A DNA stretch of 61,201 bases, filler included, from 4 parts of 4 records of this genome joined end to end with filler, not necessarily neighbours in it, one strand, 5' to 3'; shown: positions 38,232 through 48,491, counted from the whole stretch's first letter. Program-made: numbers and translations. The notes: generated from the sequence alone by a model not told the origin.

Positions 38232-39626
38232 GTGGCGAAAGCAAAAAAACCGACCCCGAGCAGTAAAAGCACATCGGGTGCACCGAAAGATTTAGGCGGC
38301 ACGGCAGACAGCAAAGCGAAAACCGCAGCGCCGTCGAGCCAACCCGCGAAAGCCGATGGTGCAAAGACGACCGCCGCGAAGACAGTTGCTGCAAAGACTG
38401 GCACCCCGAAAAAAGCGCCTGCGCCAAAGGCTGACAAGGTAACGTCGGATAATGTGGCTACTACGCCAGCGAAAGCCGCTGAGGCGGGGAAAACCGCCAC
38501 TGCGACCACGACAAGTTCCGTGCCAAAGACACCCAAACCGGAAGCGGATCAAAAGACAGGGCCCTCGGTTGACGTGAAAAAGCCCGATGAACCTGCCAAG
38601 GCGGAAGGCAAACCCGCCGAGCCAGCTAAAAACGTTGAAAAACCGCAGGCGGTGAAAGAACATACGTCCGCCGCGTCCCCGCAGCAAGATGTGCAAGAGC
38701 CAAAAGGCAGCGTGTTCTGGCCGCTGGTGTTTGGGGGATTGGTTGCGGGCGGCATCGGGTTCTTTGCGGCGGAGATGGATGTTTTTAACCTTCGCGGTGA
38801 AAACGACAGTGTTACAGAGGCGCTGAACGCGCAGGCGGCGCGGATTGCGACGCTTGAAAATGCTGAAGCCCGGGATGCGACTCCTGTGGAACTACCGGAA
38901 TTGGACGCCATTGAAAGCAGCATCGCCGCCCTTTCCGATGGGGTCACTGCCCTTGAGGCGCGTCTGGCAGAGCTGGAAAGCCGCCCTGCCTCAACGGTGG
39001 CGCCTGCGGGTCCTTCGCCGGAGTTTGAAGAGGGCCTTGCGGCCCTTCAGGCCTCTGTTGAGGCGCAGCAGAACGAGATTTCACGGCTGTTGGAAAACGC
39101 GCAAAGCGTTGAGGAAGCTACCGCAGATGCGGCGCGCAGGGCACAGGCAGAAAGAGCGTTGAGCACGATTACCGTGGCGCTGGGCAGTGGGGCCGGGTTT
39201 GAAACGGCCTTGCAAGATCTGACCGCCAGCGGCGTTGAGGATATTCCGGCTGCCTTGAGCGAGAATGCAGAGGGGATTGTCCCATTGCTGCGGCTACAGA
39301 CGAGTTTCCCTGATACGGCACGCGCGGCCCTGTCTGTGGCCCGGACCACCGGTGGTGGGCAAAATGAAACCGGCGTTGGCGGGTTTCTGAAACGACAGTT
39401 GAGTGCAAGGTCCGTGGCCCCGCGCGAAGGAGATGACCCTGACGCGGTGCTGTCACGCGCAGAGGCCGCGGTGCGCGATGGCCGCGTGGCGGATGCGTTG
39501 ACGGAAATCGAAACGCTTCCCGCGCCGGTGCAGGACGCCATGGCCGACTGGCTGGCATCTGCACGCGCGCGCGCCGCAACAGAAGCTGCGGTGCAGGATC
39601 TGTCCCAACGCCTGACGGCAAACTGA
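38232..39626 (+). CDS. COG4223 / alphaproteobacterial Mic60 (mitofilin-like) protein
   Basis: A/K/P/T-rich N-terminus, TM (PLVFGGLVAGGIGF), coiled coil, ARSV.PREG.DPDAVLSRAEAA; hemD-X-hemY synteny. Confidence 0.8.
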   Translation: MAKAKKPTPSSKSTSGAPKDLGGTADSKAKTAAPSSQPAKADGAKTTAAKTVAAKTGTPKKAPAPKADKVTSDNVATTPAKAAEAGKTATATTTSSVPKTPKPEADQKTGPSVDVKKPDEPAKAEGKPAEPAKNVEKPQAVKEHTSAASPQQDVQEPKGSVFWPLVFGGLVAGGIGFFAAEMDVFNLRGENDSVTEALNAQAARIATLENAEARDATPVELPELDAIESSIAALSDGVTALEARLAELESRPASTVAPAGPSPEFEEGLAALQASVEAQQNEISRLLENAQSVEEATADAARRAQAERALSTITVALGSGAGFETALQDLTASGVEDIPAALSENAEGIVPLLRLQTSFPDTARAALSVARTTGGGQNETGVGGFLKRQLSARSVAPREGDDPDAVLSRAEAAVRDGRVADALTEIETLPAPVQDAMADWLASARARAATEAAVQDLSQRLTAN

Positions 39627-39639
39627 GAAAGTTGAATTT

Positions 39640-41139
39640 ATGTTGTGGTCATTGATCAAGATTATTGTGTTTGTCGTCGCGGTAGCGGCGCTGGCCTGGG
39701 GTGCGGGATTCTTGTTGGAAAGCGAGGGTGGTATTCAGGTGACCGTCATGGGGACCGAATACAGCTTTGGCCCGTTGCAGTCGGTTATCGGCGTTGTGGT
39801 TCTAATGATCGCGGTTTGGTTGCTGCTGAAGGTGTTTTCTCTGCTGGTGGCCACATGGAAGTTCCTGAACGGGGATGAAACCGCCCTGTCGCGTTATTTC
39901 GATCGCAACCGCGAGCGCAAGGGGTTTGATGCCCTGTCAGAGGGGCTGATGGCGCTGGCCAGTGGTGAGGGCAAGGTGGCGATGGCCAAGGCGGCGAAGG
40001 CTGACAAATATCTGCAAAAGCCGGCGCTGACGAACCTGTTGACCGCACAGGCGGCAGAAATGGCAGGGGATACACGCAAGGCCGAGGAGACCTATCGCAA
40101 GCTGGTAGAGGATGAGGCGACCCGTTTTGTCGGGGTGCGCGGCATCATGAAACAGAAGCTGGCAGAGGGGGATACCGATACGGCGCTGAAGCTGGCCGAG
40201 AAAGCCTTTGCCCTGAAGCCCAAACATGTCGAGACCGGGGATGTTTTGTTGCAGTTGCAGGCCGGTAAGGAAGACTGGACCGGTGCGCGTAAAACCCTGA
40301 GTGCCAAGTTGAAGAACGGCCAGCTGCCCCGTGACGTGCACAAGCGCCGCGATGCGGTGCTGGCTCTGTCCGAGGCCAAGGACATCATCGACGATGGCAA
40401 GGATATCGAAGCCCGTGAGGTGGCGATTGAGGCGAACCGTTTGTCACCCGACCTGATCCCAGCAGCAGTTATGGCCGCGCGGGGGTACATTGAGCAGAAC
40501 AAGCCGCGATATGCAGCACGTGTGCTGACAAAGGCATGGGGTGTGCAACCGCACCCGGATCTGGCCGCCGCTTTTGCCGCGATTGAACCAGACGAGAAAC
40601 CGGCAGCGCGGATCAAGCGTTTTCAGGCGTTGACCAAGGTGCAGCCGGAACATGCGGAAACCAAGATGCTGAAAGCCGAATTGCATATTGCGGATGAGGA
40701 TTTCCCCGCCGCCCGCCGTGCGCTGGGCAAACTGGTGGAAACCGACCCGACCGCGCGCTCGGTGACCTTGATGGCGGCGATTGAACGGGGCGAAGGTGCG
40801 TCGGACACGGTGGTTAAGGGGTGGCTGGCACGGGCATTGACCGTTTCCCGCGGACCGCAGTGGATTTGCGACAATTGCCACAATATCCACAGCGATTGGG
40901 CCCCCATCTGTGGCAACTGCAAGAGCTTTGACACGCTGTCATGGAAGATACCGCCGATGTCCGAGGTTGCCATGCCCGGCGGCGTCTCGATGCTGCCGCT
41001 GATTGTTGGCGCGGCGGAGGATAACTCAGGTGCGGATGGTGCCGGTGCGGTTGTGGTGAGTGATACGATTGAAGATGTCGAGTTGATCACCGACCCGCCA
41101 GAGGCTGACGTAAAGGTGGAAGACCCCGCGAAGCCCTGA
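39640..41139 (+). CDS. hemY: HemY-family membrane TPR protein
   Basis: Two N-terminal TMs, TPR-like helices, PHPDLAAAF, C-terminal CxxC...CxxC. Confidence 0.88.
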   Translation: MLWSLIKIIVFVVAVAALAWGAGFLLESEGGIQVTVMGTEYSFGPLQSVIGVVVLMIAVWLLLKVFSLLVATWKFLNGDETALSRYFDRNRERKGFDALSEGLMALASGEGKVAMAKAAKADKYLQKPALTNLLTAQAAEMAGDTRKAEETYRKLVEDEATRFVGVRGIMKQKLAEGDTDTALKLAEKAFALKPKHVETGDVLLQLQAGKEDWTGARKTLSAKLKNGQLPRDVHKRRDAVLALSEAKDIIDDGKDIEAREVAIEANRLSPDLIPAAVMAARGYIEQNKPRYAARVLTKAWGVQPHPDLAAAFAAIEPDEKPAARIKRFQALTKVQPEHAETKMLKAELHIADEDFPAARRALGKLVETDPTARSVTLMAAIERGEGASDTVVKGWLARALTVSRGPQWICDNCHNIHSDWAPICGNCKSFDTLSWKIPPMSEVAMPGGVSMLPLIVGAAEDNSGADGAGAVVVSDTIEDVELITDPPEADVKVEDPAKP

Positions 41140-41150
41140 GGGGCTGCGGG

Positions 41151-41322
41151 TTATTTGCCTTTCCAGACAGGATCGCGCTTTTCTGCAAAGGCGCGGGCCC
41201 CTTCCATCTGATCTTCTGAGGAATAGAGCAGATCGACCGTCGGCAGTTGCCGTTTGGTGATCCGGTTCATGGCATCCTGAAACTTGGCATCTTCGGCATC
41301 GCGCACGATTTCCTTGATCGCG
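41151..41322 (-). CDS. Enoyl-CoA hydratase family (carnitinyl-CoA dehydratase-like), 3' fragment
   Basis: Manual translation ...AIKEIVRDAE...LYSSEDQMEGARAFAEKRDPVWKGK*; absent from the ORF track. Confidence 0.8.
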
Positions 41323-41422
41323 NNNNNNNNNNNNNNNNNNNNNNNNNNNNNNNNNNNNNNNNNNNNTTAATTAATTAANNNNNNNNNNNNNNNNNNNNNN
41401 NNNNNNNNNNNNNNNNNNNNNN
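41323..41422. other. Artificial contig spacer
   Basis: N-run + TTAATTAATTAA + N-run. Confidence 0.99.
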
Positions 41423-41470
41423 GGGAGATCCGAATTATACGCAAGCGTTTTTAATCAGAAACTTTAAAAA
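41423..41470 (-). promoter_or_regulatory. rRNA-operon P1-type promoter (UP element, -35, 16-bp spacer) cut at contig edge
   Basis: Minus strand: AT-rich tract, TTGCGT, then ATAATTCGGATCTCCC (16 nt ending CTCCC, as in E. coli rrnB P1 before TATAAT). Confidence 0.65.
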
Positions 41471-41599
41471 AGAGCCCGTTAGTTTAAAAAACAAACTAAA
41501 ACATCTAAAAGACGCTATTTAGTGACTAAATTATCAGCAATATCTCTCGAGGGGAATTTAAGTATTGTCTAATTTTTGTATTTATCAAGTTTTAGATAT

Positions 41600-41627
41600 A
41601 AAAAAGCGCCATTAATTAACAGCGCTT
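41600..41627 (-). terminator. Intrinsic terminator after cnoX
   Basis: Minus strand AAGCGC-TGTTAATTAATG-GCGCTTTTTT. Confidence 0.75.
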
Positions 41628-41650
41628 GAGCTTATAATCTATAAAATTGA

Positions 41651-42508
41651 TTAATACAGGATGCTGTAGAGCTTTCTTCTATATTTAGATGCTAAGCTAT
41701 CGCCATCAGGTAATGATGCTATAACTTCAAGAAATGTTGACTTGGCATCTGCAAAGTTTAAATCTTTCTTTAAAATGCTAAACAATGTTTCTAATGCTTC
41801 TTCTTTTCGGCCTGCGGTATTAAGTGCAGCAGCTAACTCTAGCTTAATATCTAAATCATTCGGATATTGCTCTGCTTTTAACTGCAATGCTTTTATCTCT
41901 GGTGAATCTGTCGCTTCAAGAGCTTGTTCGCACTTAGCACGAATATTTGTGTAATACGCATCACGCTCACCTTCTTCAACTGTATCAAGCAGTGCTTGCG
42001 CATCATCTAATTTATGAATTTGAATACAAATATCTGCTAGCACTAATTTAATGCGTGCATTTGTGGTATCTAGTTCGTAAGCCTGCTTCGCATAATTAAA
42101 TGCACTATTTAAGTCTTTTGCAACGAGAGCCTGTTTTGCTTGTTCTAATAACAACTCATGTTGTGCCGGTAAGTGCTTTGATAAAACATCTCTAACTTGT
42201 TGCTCTGTTTGCGCACCAGGCAACATATCTACCGGGGCCGAGTCTTTTAAAAACACTAGTGTTGGTAGTGTTTGCAAACCAATTTGCTGTGCTAGTTGCG
42301 CAGCCAACTGTTGCTCTACATCGCAATCAAGTGTCGCAACAAGTAAATGCTCAGGATATTCACTTGCAATTTTATCTAGGATAGCAGCTTGCGATTGACA
42401 CTCAGGGCTTTGTGCAGAATAGAAACTAAGCAACACAAGTTTCTCTTGTGAGGTTTCACCTAATACTTGCTGAAGGTTTTGTGGATTAACATTTACCATA
42501 TTATTCAT
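41651..42508 (-). CDS. cnoX: Chaperedoxin CnoX/YbbN (thioredoxin + TPR)
   Basis: Thioredoxin fold with SPEC in place of CxxC, LPTLV, TPRs, C-terminal YRRKLYSILY. Confidence 0.88.
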   Translation of the reverse strand: MNNMVNVNPQNLQQVLGETSQEKLVLLSFYSAQSPECQSQAAILDKIASEYPEHLLVATLDCDVEQQLAAQLAQQIGLQTLPTLVFLKDSAPVDMLPGAQTEQQVRDVLSKHLPAQHELLLEQAKQALVAKDLNSAFNYAKQAYELDTTNARIKLVLADICIQIHKLDDAQALLDTVEEGERDAYYTNIRAKCEQALEATDSPEIKALQLKAEQYPNDLDIKLELAAALNTAGRKEEALETLFSILKKDLNFADAKSTFLEVIASLPDGDSLASKYRRKLYSILY

Positions 42509-42593
42509 TGCGATTAATTGCCATATCAGACTATTTAGGGTTTTATATGGTGTCGATAACAATAATTACAAGCCACCAGCCAAAAGGTCTTTT

Positions 42594-43904
42594 ATGAAAT
42601 TTCACAAAATATATGCAGCCTTACTCTTTATTAGCCCGCTCACAAGTGCCACAACCTTAGATCTCAATCTCGATAAAGCCATGCCTGCTATCGAAAAGTT
42701 GTATTTAGATTTACATCAATCTCCCGAACTTTCATATCGAGAACAAAAAACAGGTCAAAAAATTGCGCGGCAATTAAAGCAAATTGGATTCGAAGTTACT
42801 GATAATGTCGGTGGATTTGGTGTAGTTGGTCTTTATAAAAATGGTGATGGCCCAACAGTGATGATCCGCACTGATACCGATGGCCTTCCTATAACAGAAC
42901 AAACGGGTAAGCCATATGCATCAAAAGTTACAGTAGTGAATGACGATGGCGCGAATGTGGGTGTTATGCATGGCTGTGGCCATGATATTCATATGAGTTC
43001 ATTTATTGGCACAGCACAACAACTTGTTAAGCATAAAGATTCGTGGCAAGGAACATTAATGATGGTCGCGCAACCCGCTGAAGAAGTCGGTGGCGGTGCA
43101 AAAGCAATGCTAAAAGAAGGTTTATTCTCTAAGTTCCCTACACCTGATCACGTGATAGCATTACATGTTAGCGCGAGTGTTCCCGCTGGTAAAGTGAGTA
43201 TGAAAAACGAATACACGATGGCCAGTGTTGACTCTGTTGATATTACAGTAAAGGGTAAAGGCGGACACGGTGCTTACCCACACACAACTATTGACCCTGT
43301 TGTTATCGCATCGCGGATTGTATTAGCACTGCAAACCATTACTAGCCGGGAACTTTCCCCGCTAGAGCCTTCAGTTATAACAGTTGGTTCTATTCATGGA
43401 GGTTCGAAGCACAATGTAATCTCTGACGCAGTAAAACTACAACTTACATTACGCAGTTATAATCCGGACGTACGTTTACAGCAAATTGCCGCTATTAAAA
43501 GAATTTCACAAGGAATTGCTTTAAGCGCAGGCTTGGACAAGTCGCTTATGCCAGAAGTATATGTACATGAAGATGAGTCAATTCCATCAACATATAATAA
43601 CCCTGATCAAACAAATATTGTACGCAGTGCTATTAGCTCGGCCATTGGAAAAGATAACGTGCTAGAAACGCAAGCCGTTATGGCTGGCGAGGACTTTGGT
43701 TTATATGGCCGAACCGAACAAAACATTCCTATTACTTTATTTTGGCTTGGTGGTGTAGAGCAATCTCAATATAGTGCAGCACAGGAATCAGGGCAAACTC
43801 TACCGTCATTGCACTCGAGTAAATTCGCCCCAGATTACAAAGTCGCCTTACCCACAGGTATTAAAGCGATGAGTAATGCAGCCGTTGCGCTGTTTAATAA
43901 CTAA
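42594..43904 (+). CDS. Secreted M20D amidohydrolase (hippurate hydrolase-like)
   Basis: Signal peptide; LHQSPELS, RTDTDGLP, MHGCGHD, QPAEE, GGHGA.PH, GEDF, LHSSKF. Confidence 0.88.
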   Translation: MKFHKIYAALLFISPLTSATTLDLNLDKAMPAIEKLYLDLHQSPELSYREQKTGQKIARQLKQIGFEVTDNVGGFGVVGLYKNGDGPTVMIRTDTDGLPITEQTGKPYASKVTVVNDDGANVGVMHGCGHDIHMSSFIGTAQQLVKHKDSWQGTLMMVAQPAEEVGGGAKAMLKEGLFSKFPTPDHVIALHVSASVPAGKVSMKNEYTMASVDSVDITVKGKGGHGAYPHTTIDPVVIASRIVLALQTITSRELSPLEPSVITVGSIHGGSKHNVISDAVKLQLTLRSYNPDVRLQQIAAIKRISQGIALSAGLDKSLMPEVYVHEDESIPSTYNNPDQTNIVRSAISSAIGKDNVLETQAVMAGEDFGLYGRTEQNIPITLFWLGGVEQSQYSAAQESGQTLPSLHSSKFAPDYKVALPTGIKAMSNAAVALFNN

Positions 43905-43917
43905 ATCGACTTTGTAA

Positions 43918-45515
43918 CTAGGCCAACTTTGCTTTTGGTTTAGCCTTTCTTTTAAAACGTCGCTTTTGCGGCGTTTTTGGTAATTGTGCAAAAACTTGGC
44001 TATTACATTGCCCTGCTAGTCCGATGAAATGTGATAAATCGTTTAATAACGGAGTTAAAAACTGTTGGTAGCTCATACGCTGCTCTGCAATATCCCCTAA
44101 TGAGGCTTCCCATTTTGCCGTTAAATCTGGGCTTGCCAAACCTTCAGGTAATACTCCTATAAGTGCTTTTCCTGTTTCAGTGGCTAAAATGGTTTTACCT
44201 TGGCGTTGTAAAAATCGGCGCTTGAATAATAACTCTAAAATACCTGCACGCGTTGCTTCTGTGCCTAAGCCATCAGTATCTTTGAGAATTCTTTTAATAT
44301 CTGGGTTTTTCACATAACGACTTATTCCCGTCATGGCACTCAACAAGGTTGCATCCGTAAAATGTGCAGGCGGAGTCGTCATTTTATCAACCACTTCGCC
44401 ATGGGAACACTCAAGCACTTGCCCCTTAACTAACGGCGGTAAAGTTTGCTGATCTTTTAGCTCTGATTTACCCATTAGTACTTTAAAACCTAAGCTGATC
44501 TCTTGTTTTGCATTCGCTTTAAATAAACCACCAGCAATGGTTACCTCAACCTTTGTTTCATTAAATATATAGTCAGGATAGAACTGAATGAGGTAATGCC
44601 GACATACTAGGCTATATACCTTTGCTTCGTCTGAATTTAAGCTTACCGACTTTAATTGTTTAGCAGTAGGAATGATAGCGTGATGCGCAGCTACCTTTGC
44701 ATCATTAAAGCATTTACTACGCTTACTGGTATCGGCCTGACTACAGTGAATTGCACTTTGCCCCCCATTGCTAGCAATCGCTTTTACAATGCTTGCAGCT
44801 TCCCGGTGGTGATCTTTTGGTAGATAACGATTATCTGAGCGCGGATATGTGATGAGCTTATGGCGTTCATACAAAGTTTGGCAAATATCTAACACTTTTT
44901 GAGCTGGCATCGTAAACGCTTTCGCTGCATCTATTTGCAGGGCTGATAAATTATACGGTAAAGGGGCTTGATGTTTTTTCTGCTTTTGCTCAAGTGCCGT
45001 AACTTCGCCTTTTTGTCCTGCTATTCTTGATGCAACATTCTCTGCAAGACCACGATGTAGTACTCGCCCTTCTTCATCTTGATAAGGCTCACATGCCTTG
45101 CTTGGTTGCCACTTAGCTGTAAATTTTTGTTGCTCCCCCGTATTTAAATGAGCAAACACTTCATAAAATGGTTTTGCTACAAAATTAGTAATTTCATTAT
45201 CACGATTTACCACTAACCCTAAAATAGGTGTTTGTACACGCCCAACAGAAAGCACATTACCAAACCCCGCTTTTTGCCCAGCTAAGGTATATGCACGTGT
45301 TAAATTCATACCAAATAACCAATCGGCGCGAGAGCGCGCCAGTGCAGAAACACTCAATGAAATAAAGTCACGATTACTGCGAATACTTGCCAACGCTTTC
45401 TTTACTGCACTAATATTTAAATCGCTGATTAATAAACGTTGAATTTGTTGTTTTTTGGCTTGGCTAAGTTTTACTTGCTCAATCACCTCATCAACAAGTA
45501 ACTGCCCTTCTCTAT
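43918..45515 (-). pseudogene. topB: DNA topoisomerase III, 3' part; N-terminal TOPRIM half displaced by an inserted element
   Basis: Frame starts ..NREGQLLVDEVI (native DPDREGQ), then SVGRVQTP, ITYPRSD (catalytic Tyr), AHHAIIPT, GLGTEATRA; in-frame TAA at 45526-45528. Confidence 0.88.
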
Positions 45516-45581
45516 TAACATGTAATTAAAGGTATTGACAGTCGACATTTAATTATTAATCTTGACAACATTGGAGGGGAT

Positions 45582-47036
45582 ATGACGTCAAATAAACAAA
45601 ATTTAAAAAAGAAAAATAGAACTAAATTTATCGACGCACTGACAGATTATGATTTAGAAATAAGTAGTAACTCTATTAGCGAAAAAAGTAGAGAGTTCTG
45701 CTTATCTGATGGAAGAAGTTATTTTAAGACTCAAATAAATTATCGACCACTGGATCACGAGCCTTTATTTCATTTTCCTATGTTATTTAATAAAGAAGGT
45801 TCACCTTGGTATGAGGGAAATCAATTTCTCTTGAGTATTGCTTTAGACCACAGTTTTGAGTACACCCCCTTAAAGATAGCTAGAAAGGCATCAGCACTGC
45901 TGGATTACCAGATGTGGTGTGAAGAAAATGATGTACAAATGTTTAACTACAGTGCAAGAAGACCCAAGAATAGACCGTCGTATAGATACTTTTCTTATCT
46001 ACTGAACGAAGGGAAATCAGCAGGAAATCTAAACACAAGAACTAAGCTTGTTTACGACTTTACTTGCTATTTCAGTTCAAAGTACCAGATTGATAAAGAT
46101 AGAATCGACAAGGTAACAGATGTCCAAAAAAATTATTCGTCTAAAACAGGTGAAACCTACAAAAAGAAGCTAAAAAAGCGCTCACAAACTAAAGCTCGCA
46201 ACAATAGCAAACCATCCGTAGACGATAGCTTAGTGCTGGATGACGGTGAATATCTAAAACCATTAGGTGAAGACCAACAAAAAATATTGTTTAAACATAT
46301 AAAGTCATCTTCATTCAATGTTGATGAAAGACAGATTTTTCAATTTGCCGTAGACACAGGTGCGAGAAAGCAATCTATTTTGACACTGCGTCTCAAGCAT
46401 TTAGAGCACTTTAAACCTGAAAACCTGAAAACAGATGGCACGTACGAAATTAATGCAGGTCAAGGGTGTTTGATGGATAGTAAAAATAGCAAAAATATAA
46501 CAATTAAAGTGCCCTCATATTTAGCAGAGAATTTGAAAATATACGCAAACAGTAAAGCTGCAAAAAAGCGCAGGAAGCTATTTATTCAGAAATATGGAAA
46601 CATATTTACCGATCCTAATGAAATATATGTTTTTCTTGGAAAAAGAGGTGACTGTCGATACATGGCTAAGTCTGATCCCAGGTTTAGTAGTACCCGAACA
46701 CCACCCTCTGGAGGATCGATTCAGACCATAGTTAATAGGTTATTCAAAGTATTAGAAAAAGAGAATGAAGGAAACCATATTCCTAGTGACTTTACTTTTC
46801 ATTGGTTGAGGGCGACCTTTGCCTACAACTTGTATTTGCATCTTCTACCTCTTGTAGACGCTAAAAAGATGACATACTCAGATCAAATAGCGTTTATTCA
46901 AAACGCATTAGGCCACGATGATCCTTCAACAACCGAAAACTATTTGAAGCTGTTCACCTCCGAAAATGTATTAGAAGAAATGCAAGAAACTTGGGAAGAG
47001 CGTCTATTCCAAAAGTCTGCTTTTGATCTGGTGTAA
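45582..47036 (+). CDS. Tyrosine recombinase / site-specific integrase
   Basis: TGAR (R), SK (K), FHWLRATF (HxxR), LGH...TTENY (H, Y); RBS GGAGG. Confidence 0.92.
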   Translation: MTSNKQNLKKKNRTKFIDALTDYDLEISSNSISEKSREFCLSDGRSYFKTQINYRPLDHEPLFHFPMLFNKEGSPWYEGNQFLLSIALDHSFEYTPLKIARKASALLDYQMWCEENDVQMFNYSARRPKNRPSYRYFSYLLNEGKSAGNLNTRTKLVYDFTCYFSSKYQIDKDRIDKVTDVQKNYSSKTGETYKKKLKKRSQTKARNNSKPSVDDSLVLDDGEYLKPLGEDQQKILFKHIKSSSFNVDERQIFQFAVDTGARKQSILTLRLKHLEHFKPENLKTDGTYEINAGQGCLMDSKNSKNITIKVPSYLAENLKIYANSKAAKKRRKLFIQKYGNIFTDPNEIYVFLGKRGDCRYMAKSDPRFSSTRTPPSGGSIQTIVNRLFKVLEKENEGNHIPSDFTFHWLRATFAYNLYLHLLPLVDAKKMTYSDQIAFIQNALGHDDPSTTENYLKLFTSENVLEEMQETWEERLFQKSAFDLV

Positions 47037-47038
47037 AT

Positions 47039-48491
47039 ATGTTAGTAGAAAGAAAAACACAGTTGATGTCGATTGAAGAATTCAACGAAGTAGAAGTGAT
47101 GGACTTTACTGCGGTTAGACTAAAACACCCGCTCAAGCCAGAGACAGGCAGGCCAATAGATCTTGGCTCACTGGCTTTTTCTAAAAGACAGAAAACGAAC
47201 GAAATTAACTCAACGTCAGGCAATCGTGCTACTTTAGTTGATTTAAACTCGTTAAGACCTGAGCGCTCGTTTTTTATTTCCAATTTTTCTGGAAATTTAG
47301 GAAAAAGTGCTACAACACAAAAAACAAATCTGAAGGAAATAATGCCAATCTGTGACTGGATGGATTCGAATGGATACGAAAACTACCTAGAAGGTAAGCA
47401 GCAATTACATGATGCATATTTGGCATATACCACTCACCTCAATAACCGCTTAAAAAGTAATGATGATGCAATAAAAATCACATCAAGAGTAGCTAAAGAT
47501 AAGCAATGGATGTGTCGCAAGCTAATTGATATCGCATTCCCTGGTGAGTTAGACGCCATCATTGGTGGAATTAAAACAATCAAAGCAGCTAAAACACCTA
47601 AAGCTATTATCAAGTCTAGCTATGTTGATCATTATTGGGAGTTAAATTTAGAGTTATTCAATAAATTTTCTGCACAATTTATTTCAAATGATGACTTTCC
47701 TCCACATATCAAAACACCAACAATTAACAGCTATTACATGCCTTGCCACTCTAGGCAGCTACCGATATTGATACCAGATATACAGTCAATCAATAAATAC
47801 ACAGCGAATAAAGCACCAATAACTTATTTTGATTATTTCAATGGCAAGCCAGTTAGAGCAACCGATGATCATACTAATCGCGAAAAAGACAAAATTAATG
47901 AATTTACTCAGATATTTACTGAAATAAAAGCTAATAAGCTATCTCAAGATCGTATTAATCTTGCAATGAGGGCCAAATATGCATTTATTCAATGTTTTAG
48001 AATTTTAACCCGAATTAACAACGCTGAATTAATTAAGCTAGCGTATATAGAGGAATATAAAAAAAAGCGGGATGTATTGGCTCAGGGCTTCTATGAAGTA
48101 AAATTTAGAGCTAACGATAGACACGTAAAGTTTCGAATAAAAACACAAGGTTACCTTCTTTTTAAAAAATATTTGGAGTTAAGGAAACTTCTTTTAGACG
48201 GAAAAGAATGTCCATATCTATTTTTTTCACTCGGTGAAAAAAATATTGGTACGCCACAACAATTGAACCGTCAACATACAGATAAACATCATAGTTATCT
48301 CAGAAAAATGGGTTTTTTACATGAGGAATCGAAAGCTTTAAAGGACCAGGAACTTAGAAATCTGAATACTCGATTTTTAAGGAAGTTAGGTTTCTCTGCC
48401 AAGGAGGTTGCTGACAATAACAATCATAATGTGGAAGTAGCAGATGAAATCTATGCTGCTACCCCAGCAGAGGAGCAAGTTGAAGAGTTAG
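47039..48491 (+). CDS. Integrase-partner protein with a degenerate tyrosine-recombinase-like C-terminus (3'-truncated)
   Basis: 2 bp after the integrase; TRINNAEL, VKFRA, YLFF, QELR, NNH......EIY. Confidence 0.6.

Larger units (their letters stand above)
45516..48491. mobile_element. One end of an integrative element inserted in topB (other end beyond contig)
   Basis: TopB homology stops at ~45515, followed within 70 bp by a tyrosine recombinase; visibly more AT-rich. Confidence 0.8.

Noticed and set aside
21400-41100. Many 60-300 aa antisense or alternate-frame ORFs in the GC-rich contig
   Set aside because: Shadow ORFs of well-supported genes, expected at high GC; no motifs.
43918-45486. 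522-aa ORF as a complete topoisomerase III
   Set aside because: TopB homology continues upstream of the GTG (REGQLLVDE) and the N-terminal TOPRIM residues are missing, so it is a fragment.
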